A stretch of 64,000 nucleotides of DNA from assembly GCA_964603735.1 (NCBI GenBank), contig CAZRWN010000003.1, positions 22,745-86,744 on the forward strand. The letters run 5' to 3'. Origin of the DNA: an uncultured Sediminispirochaeta sp. GTDB taxonomy: Bacteria; Spirochaetota; Spirochaetia; DSM-16054; Sediminispirochaetaceae. Position 1 is the stretch's first letter. Each line of letters opens with the position of its first letter. Shown piece by piece: positions 41,639-52,435 of the stretch. The position numbers were made by a program, and so were the translations under genes. The notes beneath the pieces are model-generated. The model did no database searches, had not been told where the DNA came from, and saw nothing but the letters and a program-made list of their open reading frames with translations.

Positions 41639-41667
41639 TTTACGGCTTCGTGTCCATCCGGTATATT
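41639..41667 (+). promoter_or_regulatory. Possible dnaE promoter
   Basis: TTTACG (41639-41644), 17-nt spacer, TATATT (41662-41667). SD AAGGAG lies before ATG 41687. Confidence 0.3.
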
Positions 41668-41686
41668 TTGACTAAGGAGTTCTTGC

Positions 41687-44600
41687 ATGTCTCAATTCGT
41701 CCATTTACATAATCACACCGACTACTCGCTGCTGGACGGAGCTGCCAATATAGAAAAGATGGTCAAAACCGCCGCCGACCTGGGGATGGATCAGCTGGCG
41801 ATAACCGACCACGGCAATATGTTCGGTGTGCTGAAGTTTTACAAAACCTGTAGATCTCACGATATAAAACCGATTATCGGCTGTGAGTTCTACGTGGCAC
41901 CGGAATCCCGCTTCGATAAGAAGGGCTCGGAGCAGAAGAACCGTTATTATCACCTGCTGGTCATTGCGCGCAATCAGCAGGGCTACAAAAACCTTATGCA
42001 GCTCTCCAGCCGGGCTTATACCGAAGGTTTCTACTACAAACCGCGGATAGACGACGAGCTGCTGGAGGAATTCTCCGACGGACTGATCGGCGCCAGCGCC
42101 TGTCTGGCCGGAGAAATCCCGCAGTTGATTATGGATAACAGATACGAAGCGGCGGTGGAAAAGGCGCGTTACTATGAACGTCTGTTCGGCCAGGGGAATT
42201 TCTACCTCGAGCTGCAGGACCACGGTATTCCCGAACAGAAAACGGTCAACCAGTCTCTCGTCAAAATGTCAAAAGAAACCGGAATGCCGCTGATTGCGAC
42301 GAACGATATCCACTACATCAAGCGGGAAGATGCCAACGCCCAGGATATCCTCATCTGCATCGGAACCAACAAAAAGAAGGATCAAAACGACCGCCTCAAG
42401 TTCGACTCGGACCAGTTCTATCTGAAGAGCCCGGCGGAGATGGAAAGCCTGTTCAAGCATGTGCCCGAAGCCCTGGAAAATACCGTCGAGCTGGCCGGTA
42501 AATGCGACCTCGAGATTCCCCTGCCCGGCCCGATCCTGCCGCACTACGAAATTCCCCCGGAGTTCGAATCGCTGGAGGATTACCTGCACCACTTGACCAT
42601 CGAGGGCTTGAAAGAGCGCTACGGGGCGGTAACGGAGGAGCTGCGGAAGCGGGCCGAGCACGAGCTCGGCATCATCAACTCCATGGGCTTTCCCGGCTAC
42701 TTTCTAATAGTGTGGGACTTCATCGACTTTGCTCGGAAGAACCATATTCCGGTTGGACCGGGCCGCGGATCCGGGGCCGGCTCGATTGTTGCCTATGCCC
42801 TCGGTATTACCAACATCGAGCCGTTGAAATATAACCTACTGTTCGAGCGTTTTCTTAACCCTGAACGTGTGTCAATGCCCGACTTCGATATCGATTTCTG
42901 CTTCGAACGGCGGGGAGAAGTGATCGATTACGTTACCGAAAAGTACGGCAAGGACAAAGTGGGCCAGATCATCACCTTTGGGACGCTGAAGGCGAAAGCG
43001 GTACTGCGGGATGTGGGGCGTGTGCTGGACATACCACTATCGGAGACCAACCGAATAGCCAAGCTGGTGCCCGGCGATCTCGGCATTACCATCGACAAGG
43101 CGATTGAAGCCGAGCCGCGCCTGAAAGAGATTGAGGAGCAGGGCGGTGCATACACCGAGCTTATTCAAACCGCCCGCACCCTTGAAGGACTCTCCCGGCA
43201 CGCATCTACCCACGCCGCCGGAGTGGTCATTGGCCGTGAGCCGCTGACCGAATACGTACCGCTCTACGTCGATCCGCGCACCGGAGCAATCTCGACCCAG
43301 TACACCATGGACCAGCTGGAGGAGTGCGGGCTGGTGAAGATGGATTTTCTCGGTCTGAAAACACTTACCCTGATCAAAAACACCGAAAAGCTGATCCGCG
43401 CCCGCGGCATCGATTTTGATATCGAAAAGATTCCGGAAGACGACAAACCCACTTTTGAACTGCTGGGCGAAGGCAAGAGCACCAGTATCTTCCAGTTCGA
43501 GAGTTCGGGCATGCAGAATATTCTGCGCCAGGCCAAACCGGAGACCATCGAGGACCTGATCGCTTTGAACGCCCTGTACCGGCCCGGCCCGATGCAGTAC
43601 ATTCCCCAGTTCATCGCCAGCAAGAACGGCCAGCAGGAGATCCAGTATCCCGACCCCAGCCTGGAAGAGGTTCTTAAACCGACCTACGGGGTTATCGTCT
43701 ACCAGGAACAGGTTATGCAGGTAGCCCAGATCATCGGCGGCTTCTCCCTGGGAAAAGCGGATATCCTGCGGCGGGCCATGAGTAAAAAGAAGATCAAAGA
43801 GATGGAGAAGATGAAGGTCGACTTCATCAACGGAGCGGTTGAGAAGGGACACGGCAAACAGCACGCCGAAGATATTTTCGAGATGCTGAAGCCCTTCTCC
43901 CAGTACGGCTTCAACAAGAGCCACGCCGCCGCCTATTCGGTGGTTGCGTATCAAACCGCATATCTGAAGGCCAACTATCCGGCCGAGTTCATGGCGGCCA
44001 ACCTCACCAATGAAATCAACAATCCCGACAAGCTGTCGATCTACATTACCGAGACGGCCAATATGGGCATTGAAATCCTGCCGCCGAACATCAATTTGTC
44101 GGAGCGCGACTTTTCGGTTAGCGACGGTAAAATCGTCTACGGGCTGGTTGGTGTAAAGAATGTGGGTAAGAGCGCGGTTGAAGAGATTCTGCGGGCCCGT
44201 GCGGCCGAAGGGAAATACGAGAATTTCATCGACTTCCTCGACAAGGTCGATCTGCGGGCAGTCAACCGAAAGGTGATCGAAACCCTGATTCAGTGCGGAG
44301 CCTTCGACTGCCTCGGCCAGTCCCGGGCCACCCTCATGGAAAACCTGGAGAGCGCACTTGAGTTCATTCAGAAGAAGAAAGAACGCGAGCAGTTCGGCCA
44401 AACCTCGCTGTTCGAGGGGGCTCAGCAGGAGGAGATGGAGCGCTTCGATTTCGAGCAGTACGACGAGTGGCCCACCCAGGAGCGGCTGCAGCAGGAAAAG
44501 GCTTTATTAGGATTCTATGTCTCGGGTCATCCGCTGGACACCTACCGTGAAACCTGGAAACGGGCGGTTAACATCGACCTCGGACGGCCGGACCACTTTG

Positions 44601-45091
44601 TTTCTAACGCCAAATATTCGATTCTCGGTATCGTGACCAGTGTTCGCTCAATTTTCACCAAAACGGGTCGTCCGATGGCCTTTCTGCAGATAGAGGACTA
44701 CAATGGAGCCATAGAACTGGTAGTTTTTTCCGACCAGTGGGAGCAGAATCGCGAGCAGATCGAGGTGGACAGCATTCTGGCCTGCAGCGGGCGGGTCGAC
44801 CTGAGCCGGGGTGATCCAAAATTTATAGTAGAGACCATTATCCAGCCGGAGGAGATGGAAGAGATAGAAACCCGGGAAATTCATATCCGGCTCGAACGTA
44901 ATACCATGTCGGAGGAGGAACTGTACAACCTGCGCTCATACCTCTTCGACCACAAGGGCACCTGCCCCCTCTACCTCCATTTGGACGAGACGGTTATCAA
45001 GGCCTCCAGTCAGATAACCCTCTCTTCTTCGAGAGATGTGCTGGAGGAGCTGCGGCGATATCCTACTATCGAGGATATCTGGACCGCATAG
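41687..45091 (+). CDS. dnaE: DNA polymerase III alpha subunit
   Basis: 1134 aa with a PHP domain (FVHLHNHTDYSLLDGA), a polymerase core (PDFDIDF) and a C-terminal OB fold. Confidence 0.95.
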   Translation: MSQFVHLHNHTDYSLLDGAANIEKMVKTAADLGMDQLAITDHGNMFGVLKFYKTCRSHDIKPIIGCEFYVAPESRFDKKGSEQKNRYYHLLVIARNQQGYKNLMQLSSRAYTEGFYYKPRIDDELLEEFSDGLIGASACLAGEIPQLIMDNRYEAAVEKARYYERLFGQGNFYLELQDHGIPEQKTVNQSLVKMSKETGMPLIATNDIHYIKREDANAQDILICIGTNKKKDQNDRLKFDSDQFYLKSPAEMESLFKHVPEALENTVELAGKCDLEIPLPGPILPHYEIPPEFESLEDYLHHLTIEGLKERYGAVTEELRKRAEHELGIINSMGFPGYFLIVWDFIDFARKNHIPVGPGRGSGAGSIVAYALGITNIEPLKYNLLFERFLNPERVSMPDFDIDFCFERRGEVIDYVTEKYGKDKVGQIITFGTLKAKAVLRDVGRVLDIPLSETNRIAKLVPGDLGITIDKAIEAEPRLKEIEEQGGAYTELIQTARTLEGLSRHASTHAAGVVIGREPLTEYVPLYVDPRTGAISTQYTMDQLEECGLVKMDFLGLKTLTLIKNTEKLIRARGIDFDIEKIPEDDKPTFELLGEGKSTSIFQFESSGMQNILRQAKPETIEDLIALNALYRPGPMQYIPQFIASKNGQQEIQYPDPSLEEVLKPTYGVIVYQEQVMQVAQIIGGFSLGKADILRRAMSKKKIKEMEKMKVDFINGAVEKGHGKQHAEDIFEMLKPFSQYGFNKSHAAAYSVVAYQTAYLKANYPAEFMAANLTNEINNPDKLSIYITETANMGIEILPPNINLSERDFSVSDGKIVYGLVGVKNVGKSAVEEILRARAAEGKYENFIDFLDKVDLRAVNRKVIETLIQCGAFDCLGQSRATLMENLESALEFIQKKKEREQFGQTSLFEGAQQEEMERFDFEQYDEWPTQERLQQEKALLGFYVSGHPLDTYRETWKRAVNIDLGRPDHFVSNAKYSILGIVTSVRSIFTKTGRPMAFLQIEDYNGAIELVVFSDQWEQNREQIEVDSILACSGRVDLSRGDPKFIVETIIQPEEMEEIETREIHIRLERNTMSEEELYNLRSYLFDHKGTCPLYLHLDETVIKASSQITLSSSRDVLEELRRYPTIEDIWTA

Positions 45092-45125
45092 ATAAACCCG
45101 GAAAGGGAGAGAAGGAAGGACAGAA

Positions 45126-45713
45126 ATGACAGTTGTTGCAAGAATATTAGGCGGAATTCTAAGCCTCTACATGATTCTGATTTTCGTGCGGGTACTGCTC
45201 ACCTGGTTCAGCGGGGTGTACTACGGCCGGCCCTATGAAATTATACGTTCACTCACCGATCCCTACCTCAATTACTTCCGCCGCTTCCGCTTTCTGCAAA
45301 TGGGAAACGTGGACTTTTCGCCGATCGCCGGCATCCTGGTTCTGGTAGTAGTCCTGAACATCCTCAACCGCCTGGCCGTGTACGGAACCATTTCCGTCGG
45401 ACTGGTTCTGGCGATCATTCTCAACAGCCTCTGGTCCGCGGTTTCATTCCTGATTACTCTGTTTATCGTGCTAATCGTCATTCGCTTCGTCGCCGGTCTG
45501 ATCAATGCAAATACGGTGAATCCGTTTATCCGTACCGTCGATATGATCATCACCCCCCTGCTGAACTGGGTTCACAACACCTTTTTCAAACGCCGCTTTT
45601 TGACCCTGCAGAGCGGACTGGCAATAAGCGGAGCCTTACTGCTGGTAGTTTCAATTGCCGGCAACTTCCTCGTCTATCACCTGGCGCGCCTGTTTCAGTC
45701 GCTGCCCTTCTAA
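45126..45713 (+). CDS. YggT-family membrane protein
   Basis: 195 aa with two YGGT-like hydrophobic repeats (LSLYMILIFVRVLLTWF and LIVIRFVAGLI). SD GGGAGAGAAGGAAGG lies upstream. Confidence 0.7.
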   Translation: MTVVARILGGILSLYMILIFVRVLLTWFSGVYYGRPYEIIRSLTDPYLNYFRRFRFLQMGNVDFSPIAGILVLVVVLNILNRLAVYGTISVGLVLAIILNSLWSAVSFLITLFIVLIVIRFVAGLINANTVNPFIRTVDMIITPLLNWVHNTFFKRRFLTLQSGLAISGALLLVVSIAGNFLVYHLARLFQSLPF

Positions 45714-45733
45714 GCACTGCCGGCTGAGCGGAT

Positions 45734-47800
45734 ATGCTGTTAGGCGAGCTGAAGCATTCGGTAACAAAACTCAAAGGAGTCGGTCCCCGTACCGCCGCGC
45801 AGATGGCGGGTATGGGGGTGGTTTCGGTCGCCGATCTGCTGCTGCATGTTCCGCGGGATTATGAAGACCGCTCGAAAATCGTTCCCCTGGAAGCCGGCTA
45901 TCAGGGAGCAACGGTCAACACGATAGTCGAGGTTCTGGCACACGATTTTTTCGGTTCGGGCTACAAAAAAACCTTAAAGATATTTGTAAAGGATGAAACC
46001 GCCGGCGGAGTACTGGTCTGTTTCAACCGGAATTTTCTGCAGCAGGTGTTGAAGGTGGGACAGCAGTTTTACCTCTACGGACAGTTCGCCTACCGCTACG
46101 GTGAACTGCAGTCCACCAGCTTCGAAGCCGAACCCTACCCCTCGGACAACTCTAAATTCGGTTCGATTCTGCCGGTGTATCCGCTCTCGGGCAAACTCAA
46201 TCAGGCGGTGATGCGCAAGGCAGTGCAAGACGCCTTGAATACCTACGGCCGACACATCGACACCGAGCTGCCCGAAAGCCTCCGCAGCCACTACCGTTAT
46301 CCTGAAAAACTGAATGCCCTTACACAGCTGCACTTTCCCGATAGCCACGAAGCGGCCGCGACGGCCCGGCAGGCGCTGGCCTACGAAGAGCTGCTCTACT
46401 TTCAGTTGGTGGTTGCTCGGCGGGCGACGGCCCGCAGCCGCAGCAGCCGCAGCCCGCAGATTCTGCCGCAAGGTCTGCAGCAGCGCTGCCTGCGGCAGCT
46501 TCCCTTTAAGCTCACTGGTGATCAGCGCAGCGTTTTGAAGGAGATCAAGCAGGACCTCGACAGCTCGAAACCGATGGGACGTCTCCTGCAGGGTGACGTG
46601 GGTGCAGGTAAAACCCTGGTGGCCTTTCTGTCGGCTCTGCCGGTTATCGAAGCCGGCTATCAGGCCGCCTTTCTGGCACCGACCGAGCTGCTGGCCCGCC
46701 AGCATGCCGAAAAAGCGGCTGCGCTGCTGGAGCCGCTGGGAGTAAGAGTGGCCTTTTTGAGCGGTAATGTCGACAAAAACGCCCGCCGGCCGCTCCTGGA
46801 GGCGCTGAAATCCGGAGAGATCGATCTTTTGATCGGTACTCATGCGCTGTTTACCAAAGAGGTGGTCTTCGCCAATCTGCGCTTCATAATAATCGACGAA
46901 CAGCACAAATTCGGCGTTGAACAGCGGGCTCAGCTGGTTGAGAAGGGATCAGCCCCCGACCTGCTGCTGATGACCGCAACTCCCATACCCCGCACCCTTA
47001 CCCTCACCTTTTTCGGCGATCTGGAAGTCTCGTCTATCCACACTATGCCGCCGGGCCGCAGCCCTATCATCACCCATCTAGCCCGGCAGTCCAACGCTGA
47101 CAAGGTGTACAGCGCCGTACGTCACGAACTGCAGCGGGGACATCAGGCCTATTTCGTGTATCCTCTCATCAGCGGCAGCGACAGGAGTTCGCTGAAAGAT
47201 GCCGAAGGGGCTGCTGAGCAGCTGAGCTCGCAGATATTTCCCGAGTTCGAGGTGGCACTCATCCACTCCAAGATACGTGAGGACGAAAAACTGGCTCGAA
47301 TGCACGCCTTTTCCGAAGGCAAACTCGACATCCTGGTGTCGACCAGCGTAGTGGAAGTGGGAATCGATGTAAAAAACGCTACCTGCATGGTCATCGAACA
47401 CGCCGAGCGCTTCGGTCTGGCCGGGCTGCATCAGTTGCGCGGAAGGGTGGGCCGCAGCACATTACAATCATACGCCTTTCTGGTATACTCCGAAGAGCTA
47501 ACCGAAGAGGGCAAGCAGCGCCTCATGGTAATGAAACAGAGCAGTGACGGTTTTTTCATAGCCGAAGAGGACCTGAAAATTCGCGGTCCCGGTGAAGTAA
47601 CCGGCACCCGTCAGTCCGGTTTTATGCGTTTGAAATTCGCCGATTTGGGCGGCGATCTCGAACTGCTGGACAAAGCCCGCAAGGATGCATTCCGCATCAT
47701 CAAAGCCGACCCCGGCCTGCTGCAGCCGCCTCACGGTCACCTGCGTAAGGTCTTGGAGTGTTGCCCGCCCTTTCCGGAAGACGCTTTAAGCGGAGGCTGA
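45734..47800 (+). CDS. recG: ATP-dependent DNA helicase RecG
   Basis: 688 aa with a wedge domain, LQGDVGAGKT, DEQHKFGV and TATPIPRTL motifs. Confidence 0.95.
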   Translation: MLLGELKHSVTKLKGVGPRTAAQMAGMGVVSVADLLLHVPRDYEDRSKIVPLEAGYQGATVNTIVEVLAHDFFGSGYKKTLKIFVKDETAGGVLVCFNRNFLQQVLKVGQQFYLYGQFAYRYGELQSTSFEAEPYPSDNSKFGSILPVYPLSGKLNQAVMRKAVQDALNTYGRHIDTELPESLRSHYRYPEKLNALTQLHFPDSHEAAATARQALAYEELLYFQLVVARRATARSRSSRSPQILPQGLQQRCLRQLPFKLTGDQRSVLKEIKQDLDSSKPMGRLLQGDVGAGKTLVAFLSALPVIEAGYQAAFLAPTELLARQHAEKAAALLEPLGVRVAFLSGNVDKNARRPLLEALKSGEIDLLIGTHALFTKEVVFANLRFIIIDEQHKFGVEQRAQLVEKGSAPDLLLMTATPIPRTLTLTFFGDLEVSSIHTMPPGRSPIITHLARQSNADKVYSAVRHELQRGHQAYFVYPLISGSDRSSLKDAEGAAEQLSSQIFPEFEVALIHSKIREDEKLARMHAFSEGKLDILVSTSVVEVGIDVKNATCMVIEHAERFGLAGLHQLRGRVGRSTLQSYAFLVYSEELTEEGKQRLMVMKQSSDGFFIAEEDLKIRGPGEVTGTRQSGFMRLKFADLGGDLELLDKARKDAFRIIKADPGLLQPPHGHLRKVLECCPPFPEDALSGG

Positions 47801-47864
47801 GCGCGCGGAGGCTGATGATACAGCCCCCGCAAAATCCCGATACTCGCCGAGAAGGAGCAGAGAA

Positions 47865-48407
47865 GTGCGAATAACAGGCGGAAGCTACCGCAGCCGCAAA
47901 GTTCAGTGCCCGCCGGGCGTCATTCGACCGGCTATGGACAGAATGCGGGAATCGATGTTTTCTATCCTGGGTAATATTTCCGGACTCGCTTTTCTGGATC
48001 TGTTTACCGGATCAGGAGTAGTGGGTATCGAGGCGGCCTCCCGGGGAGCCGAGCCGGTGGTTTTGGTAGAGAAGGACCGGCGCAAAGCCCCGGTAATCCG
48101 CAAAAACATATCTTTCGTCGAGAGCGAAATCAGATTGGTACTCCAGCCGGCCGAGCGCTTCATCGCCGGCGGCCGACCGGCACTGCAGTTTGATATCATC
48201 TACCTCGATCCCCCCTTCAAATACGGACAAAAGATAAAGCTGATCGAGTCAGTGGCCGGCAGCGGACTACTGGCTCCGGATGGTCTGTGCTTGATACACC
48301 ACCCCAGGCAGGAGGAGTGGCCCGATCGGATCGGGCAGCTCTTGTGCAATGATGTGCGCGATTACGGCGGCTCGACCCTGCGCTTTTTTTCCGCAGCTGA
48401 CCAATAA
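47865..48407 (+). CDS. rsmD: 16S rRNA (guanine966-N2)-methyltransferase RsmD
   Basis: MRITGGSYRSRKV..RPAMDRMRESMFSIL..LDLFTGSGVVGIEAASRGA..DPPF are RsmD motifs. Confidence 0.85.
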   Translation: MRITGGSYRSRKVQCPPGVIRPAMDRMRESMFSILGNISGLAFLDLFTGSGVVGIEAASRGAEPVVLVEKDRRKAPVIRKNISFVESEIRLVLQPAERFIAGGRPALQFDIIYLDPPFKYGQKIKLIESVAGSGLLAPDGLCLIHHPRQEEWPDRIGQLLCNDVRDYGGSTLRFFSAADQ

Positions 48408-48496
48408 ACGCCGCCGGGAAATCCCTTTCCGCAAGCCCACGGTTTTGGTATAGTAAAAAAGCAGGCGAACCCCTACTCTGCCTGAAGGAGGAATCC

Positions 48497-49585
48497 GTGA
48501 TAGACTCACGAAAAAGATATTTGCAGGTACCGCAGGGGACCGAAGGAGTCCACCTTGAAGAAGCGTACCGCCACCGCCGAATTAACCACGAACTGTTCCA
48601 GCTGTTTACCCAATGGGGCTATCTTCCGGTCGAAACACCGGTGTTCGATTTTTACGACATCTATGAGCCGCTGCTGCGCAGCAGTACCCGTGATGTGTAT
48701 CGCCTCATCGACCGCGACGGCGATCTGCTGATGCTGCGCTCCGACATCACCCTGTTTCTGGCCAAACAGATGGGACTCTGGCTGCGGGAGGAGGATCTGC
48801 CGACCCGCGTCTGCTACGCCGATACTATTCTGCGTCATCAGAGCGCCGAGGATATCTCAAAAAACGAGTTTTTTCAAACCGGAGCCGAACTCATCGGAAA
48901 GGCCGGCAGCGAAGCCGATCTGGAAGTGCTCCTGCTGCTGGAAAGCATCTTCATCAAACTCGGGGTACCGGCCAGTATTCATCTCGGTTCGCACCAGTTT
49001 CTCACACTTGCTCTGAAGGATTTTGACGAGGATGAGTTGAAACAGGCTGTGAAGGCGATCAGAAACCGGGAATACCACCGGCTGCGAATAATGCTCGCCA
49101 CGCATTGTTCCGAGCGCCGGGCGGAGGTGCTCAAATCGCTCTTCGCCTTTATCGGCACCCGCGCTGAGTTCTTGGCGGAAATCAACCAGTATGAAGGGAT
49201 TCTGCACAATGAGGAGATGGAAGCGCTGGAGTATCTGGCCGAATTGATAGAAGAAATGGAGAGTCTCGGCTACGCCAGAGACGTTCGGATAGACCTTTCG
49301 GAGGTCGGCGCCCAGCCGTATTACACCGGAATAGTGTTTCAGGTGTACCAGGCCGGTCTGGACGATGCTGTGGCCTCGGGAGGCCGTTACGACAAACTAC
49401 TCAGCCGGTTTGGTTTCGACTGCCCCTCGGTCGGCTTTTCGATGATGCTCAGAAAGATCGAGGATCAAATCGGCGACAAATTCGGTCTGCCGGAGAACGT
49501 GGTCAAGGTAGAGGGCAAAACCTTTGCCGAGGCATTTCGAGCAGCTCAGAAGGTCCGGGAAGAGGGAGGAATTGCACTACAATGA
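48497..49585 (+). CDS. hisZ: ATP phosphoribosyltransferase regulatory subunit (HisRS paralogue)
   Basis: 362 aa with a class-II aaRS-like core (GYLPVETPVFDFYD, YRLIDRDGDLLMLRSDITL). It lies immediately upstream of a short-form hisG and overlaps it by 4 nt. Confidence 0.85.
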   Translation: MIDSRKRYLQVPQGTEGVHLEEAYRHRRINHELFQLFTQWGYLPVETPVFDFYDIYEPLLRSSTRDVYRLIDRDGDLLMLRSDITLFLAKQMGLWLREEDLPTRVCYADTILRHQSAEDISKNEFFQTGAELIGKAGSEADLEVLLLLESIFIKLGVPASIHLGSHQFLTLALKDFDEDELKQAVKAIRNREYHRLRIMLATHCSERRAEVLKSLFAFIGTRAEFLAEINQYEGILHNEEMEALEYLAELIEEMESLGYARDVRIDLSEVGAQPYYTGIVFQVYQAGLDDAVASGGRYDKLLSRFGFDCPSVGFSMMLRKIEDQIGDKFGLPENVVKVEGKTFAEAFRAAQKVREEGGIALQ

Positions 49586-50217
49586 ATACCAGCACAGCAG
49601 ATGCACCACTGACCCTGGCCCTGCCGAAGGGGCGTCTCTTCGAGCAGGTACAAGAATTCTTCGCCGGCAAAGGCTTACACTTCAAATTCGAAAAACGCAA
49701 ACTGGTTGCCCATGACGAGAGCGGTTTACTAAAGATTTTTCTGGTAAAAAATGCCGATCTGCCAACCTATGTGAATCACGGAATAGCCGGATTGGGAATC
49801 TCCGGTGAAGATGTCCTCTATGAAACCGGTCTGCGCTTTTTTAAACTGATGCAGTTCGACTTCGGTTCAACCGAGATGTGCCTGGCTGCGAAAAAGGGCT
49901 ACGGACGGCCGGATACAATCCGCGCCGTATCAGTGGCCACCAAATTCCCCCGCTTTGCCCGGGACTATTTTTATAGCCAAGGTGTACCGATACAAATAAT
50001 AAAGCTGAACGGTTCGGTAGAATTAGCACCGATACTGGGACTCGCACCGTATATAGTCGATCTGGTAGAGACCGGCAATACTCTGCGGGCCAACAACCTC
50101 GAGGTGGTCGATACACTGAAAAATATTGACGTTCATCTTATATCGAACCCCTCGTACTACAAGCTGAACTACCGGCGAATCAATCGTTTTTTAGCAACGC
50201 TACGCGATAAGGAGTGA
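49582..50217 (+). CDS. hisG: ATP phosphoribosyltransferase, short form
   Basis: 211 aa. LTLALPKGRLFEQ and DLVETGNTLRANNL are HisG motifs. It lacks the C-terminal regulatory domain, consistent with dependence on HisZ. Confidence 0.9.
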   Translation: MNTSTADAPLTLALPKGRLFEQVQEFFAGKGLHFKFEKRKLVAHDESGLLKIFLVKNADLPTYVNHGIAGLGISGEDVLYETGLRFFKLMQFDFGSTEMCLAAKKGYGRPDTIRAVSVATKFPRFARDYFYSQGVPIQIIKLNGSVELAPILGLAPYIVDLVETGNTLRANNLEVVDTLKNIDVHLISNPSYYKLNYRRINRFLATLRDKE

Positions 50218-50221
50218 TTAT

Positions 50222-50806
50222 ATGAGCAGTCGTCTCGTAAATATTGAAAGAACTACCCGCGAAACCTCGATAAAACTGAGTCTCGATTTCGATGCCCCGC
50301 AGCAGGCTGTGGATACCGGGTTGCCCTTTTTCGATCATATTCTCACCTCGATGGCGTATCACGGATTTTTTGGTTTGAGTATCAAAGCCGAAGGCGATCT
50401 GGAAGTGGATGCACATCACCTGGTCGAGGATGTGGGCATAGCCCTGGGTAACGCCCTGAGTCATACGGTACAGCAGTACGGTCACGTGCAGCGGTACGGA
50501 CACAGCATCATCCCGATGGATGAGGCGCTGAGCGAGGTGAGCGTAGACGTAAGCGGACGCCCCTACCTGGTCTACACTGCCGAATACCCCCAGGAGTACT
50601 GCGGAGAGTTCCCTACTTCGCTCATCCGGGAGTTTTTGTATGCGTTGGCGCATAACGCCAAGATTAATCTGCACGCAGAATGCCGCTACGGCGAAAACAG
50701 CCACCATATGGCCGAGGCTCTGTTCAAGGCCCTGGGCCGGGCATTCATGAGCGCATATCAAAAAAGCGACCGTGGCGAACCGGCTTCGACGAAGGGCGTG
50801 CTATAG
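50222..50806 (+). CDS. hisB: Imidazoleglycerol-phosphate dehydratase
   Basis: RETSIKLSLDFD, FFDHILTSMAYHG and DAHHLVEDVGIALG are IGPD motifs. Confidence 0.9.
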   Translation: MSSRLVNIERTTRETSIKLSLDFDAPQQAVDTGLPFFDHILTSMAYHGFFGLSIKAEGDLEVDAHHLVEDVGIALGNALSHTVQQYGHVQRYGHSIIPMDEALSEVSVDVSGRPYLVYTAEYPQEYCGEFPTSLIREFLYALAHNAKINLHAECRYGENSHHMAEALFKALGRAFMSAYQKSDRGEPASTKGVL

Positions 50807-50937
50807 CGTACGATAAGAGCGATATTATAGACTTTTTTAGTAAGAATTGATATATTCTAAGTGAGAATTGGGGTTATGAATCATATTGCGTTTCAATCCC
50901 ATTTCTATTATATTACACTTTAACTGTAAACAAGAGA

Positions 50938-51273
50938 ATGAAAAAAGAAGATGCACTGAACCGGATGCCGCGGGAAGGATTCCTCAAAATAACTCCTTCC
51001 GGTAAAAAGCCTTTGAGTCCGGAGCAAAAAACCGCCCTTATTCGAAAGGGGAATGAGTTTTTTAACCAGGGTGACATAAAAACTGCTAAACGCATCTTTA
51101 TCACAACAGGCTACAGTGATGGATTAGAGAGGGTCGGCGACTATCACCAGCAAAAGGGTGATATTCTGGAAGCCTTGCGGATGTACTGGATTGCCCCGGC
51201 CCATGGGAAAAAGCAGCAGCTCATTGAACAATGTGCAGCTTTAGTGCAGTATTGGATCAATGAGAAAGGATGA
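50938..51273 (+). CDS. Hypothetical protein, possibly a single TPR-like helical hairpin
   Basis: 111 aa. GNEFFNQGDIKTAKRIF is TPR-like. It lies upstream of a TPR-protein gene. Confidence 0.4.
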   Translation: MKKEDALNRMPREGFLKITPSGKKPLSPEQKTALIRKGNEFFNQGDIKTAKRIFITTGYSDGLERVGDYHQQKGDILEALRMYWIAPAHGKKQQLIEQCAALVQYWINEKG

Positions 51274-51281
51274 TTTAAGAT

Positions 51282-52421
51282 ATGAGTGAATTCGAAGAAA
51301 ACTCTGCGATTACCCCTGAAGGACTAACAGAAGAACAGCTGACTCAGATATCAGAGCTTTCCAAACGCGGGTACCAACTGCTCAAGGAAAACATGGTAAA
51401 GGAAGCAGAAGAAAGCTTCAATCAGATATTAAGCATTGATGATACAAATAATTATGCATTAGTCGGACTGGGAGACGCAGCCCGTAAGAAACACGAATAC
51501 CGCAAAGCCATCGGATTCTACCAGAAATGTCTGGAAAACCACGCGGGAAATAACTATGCGCTGTTCGGATTAGCCGACTGCTACAAGGCTCTGAACCGCT
51601 ACACCGATGCCATCAAGATCTGGGAACAGTACCTTCAGCATGATGACAACAATGTGACTGTGCTCACCCGGGTTGCAGATGCTTACCGTAAAGTAAAAGA
51701 CTTTCGCCGGTCGAAAGAGATCTATTTGCGGGTGCTGGAAATAGAACCCGACAACCCGTATGCCCTGATCGGTCTGGGCCATCTGCACTACGACTTCAGG
51801 GAATATGAAGAGGCCCTGCATTACTGGGAGCGCATGCTCGAGGTTAAGCAGGACAATGTGGATATCCGGGTTCTCACCAGCCTCGGTAACTGCCACCGCA
51901 AGCTGAAAACCTACGAGAAGGGGTTGAAATACTTCCAGCAGGCGCTGGAGCTCGAACCGAACAATTTCTATGCACTGTTCGGCCTGGCCGACTGTTTCCG
52001 CGGTTTGAACCGGCATGAAGAGTCGCTGGAATACTGGCACAAGATTCTCAAACTCGACCCGCACAACAAGGTCATCCTTACCCGGGCCGGCGATGCCTAC
52101 CGCAGCATGGGCGATTACGACAACGCGGAGGAGTACTACCACGCTGCCCTCAATATTGAGTTCGATATGTACGCAATTCTCGGACTAGCCCTGATCAACA
52201 AAGCCAGAGGCAATTATGAAGACGCCATCGACAGCCTATACGGCCTTCTGCGCAACGATCCCAAGAACCACCGGCTGTATACCGAGATTGCCGAGTGCTA
52301 CATGGCCCTCAGTCAGCGCCATAAGGCCATTGAGATTCTCAACGAGTTCCATAAACAGGGCATTCGCAATCCATATGTTGCCAAACTGCTCGAACGCCTG
52401 CAGCAGGGCGGCAACATCTAA
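51282..52421 (+). CDS. Tetratricopeptide (TPR) repeat protein
   Basis: 379 aa with about 9 tandem 34-residue repeats (NYALFGLADCYKALNRYTDAIKIWEQYL and similar). Confidence 0.78.
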   Translation: MSEFEENSAITPEGLTEEQLTQISELSKRGYQLLKENMVKEAEESFNQILSIDDTNNYALVGLGDAARKKHEYRKAIGFYQKCLENHAGNNYALFGLADCYKALNRYTDAIKIWEQYLQHDDNNVTVLTRVADAYRKVKDFRRSKEIYLRVLEIEPDNPYALIGLGHLHYDFREYEEALHYWERMLEVKQDNVDIRVLTSLGNCHRKLKTYEKGLKYFQQALELEPNNFYALFGLADCFRGLNRHEESLEYWHKILKLDPHNKVILTRAGDAYRSMGDYDNAEEYYHAALNIEFDMYAILGLALINKARGNYEDAIDSLYGLLRNDPKNHRLYTEIAECYMALSQRHKAIEILNEFHKQGIRNPYVAKLLERLQQGGNI

Positions 52422-52435
52422 ATAGTACGGAGTCC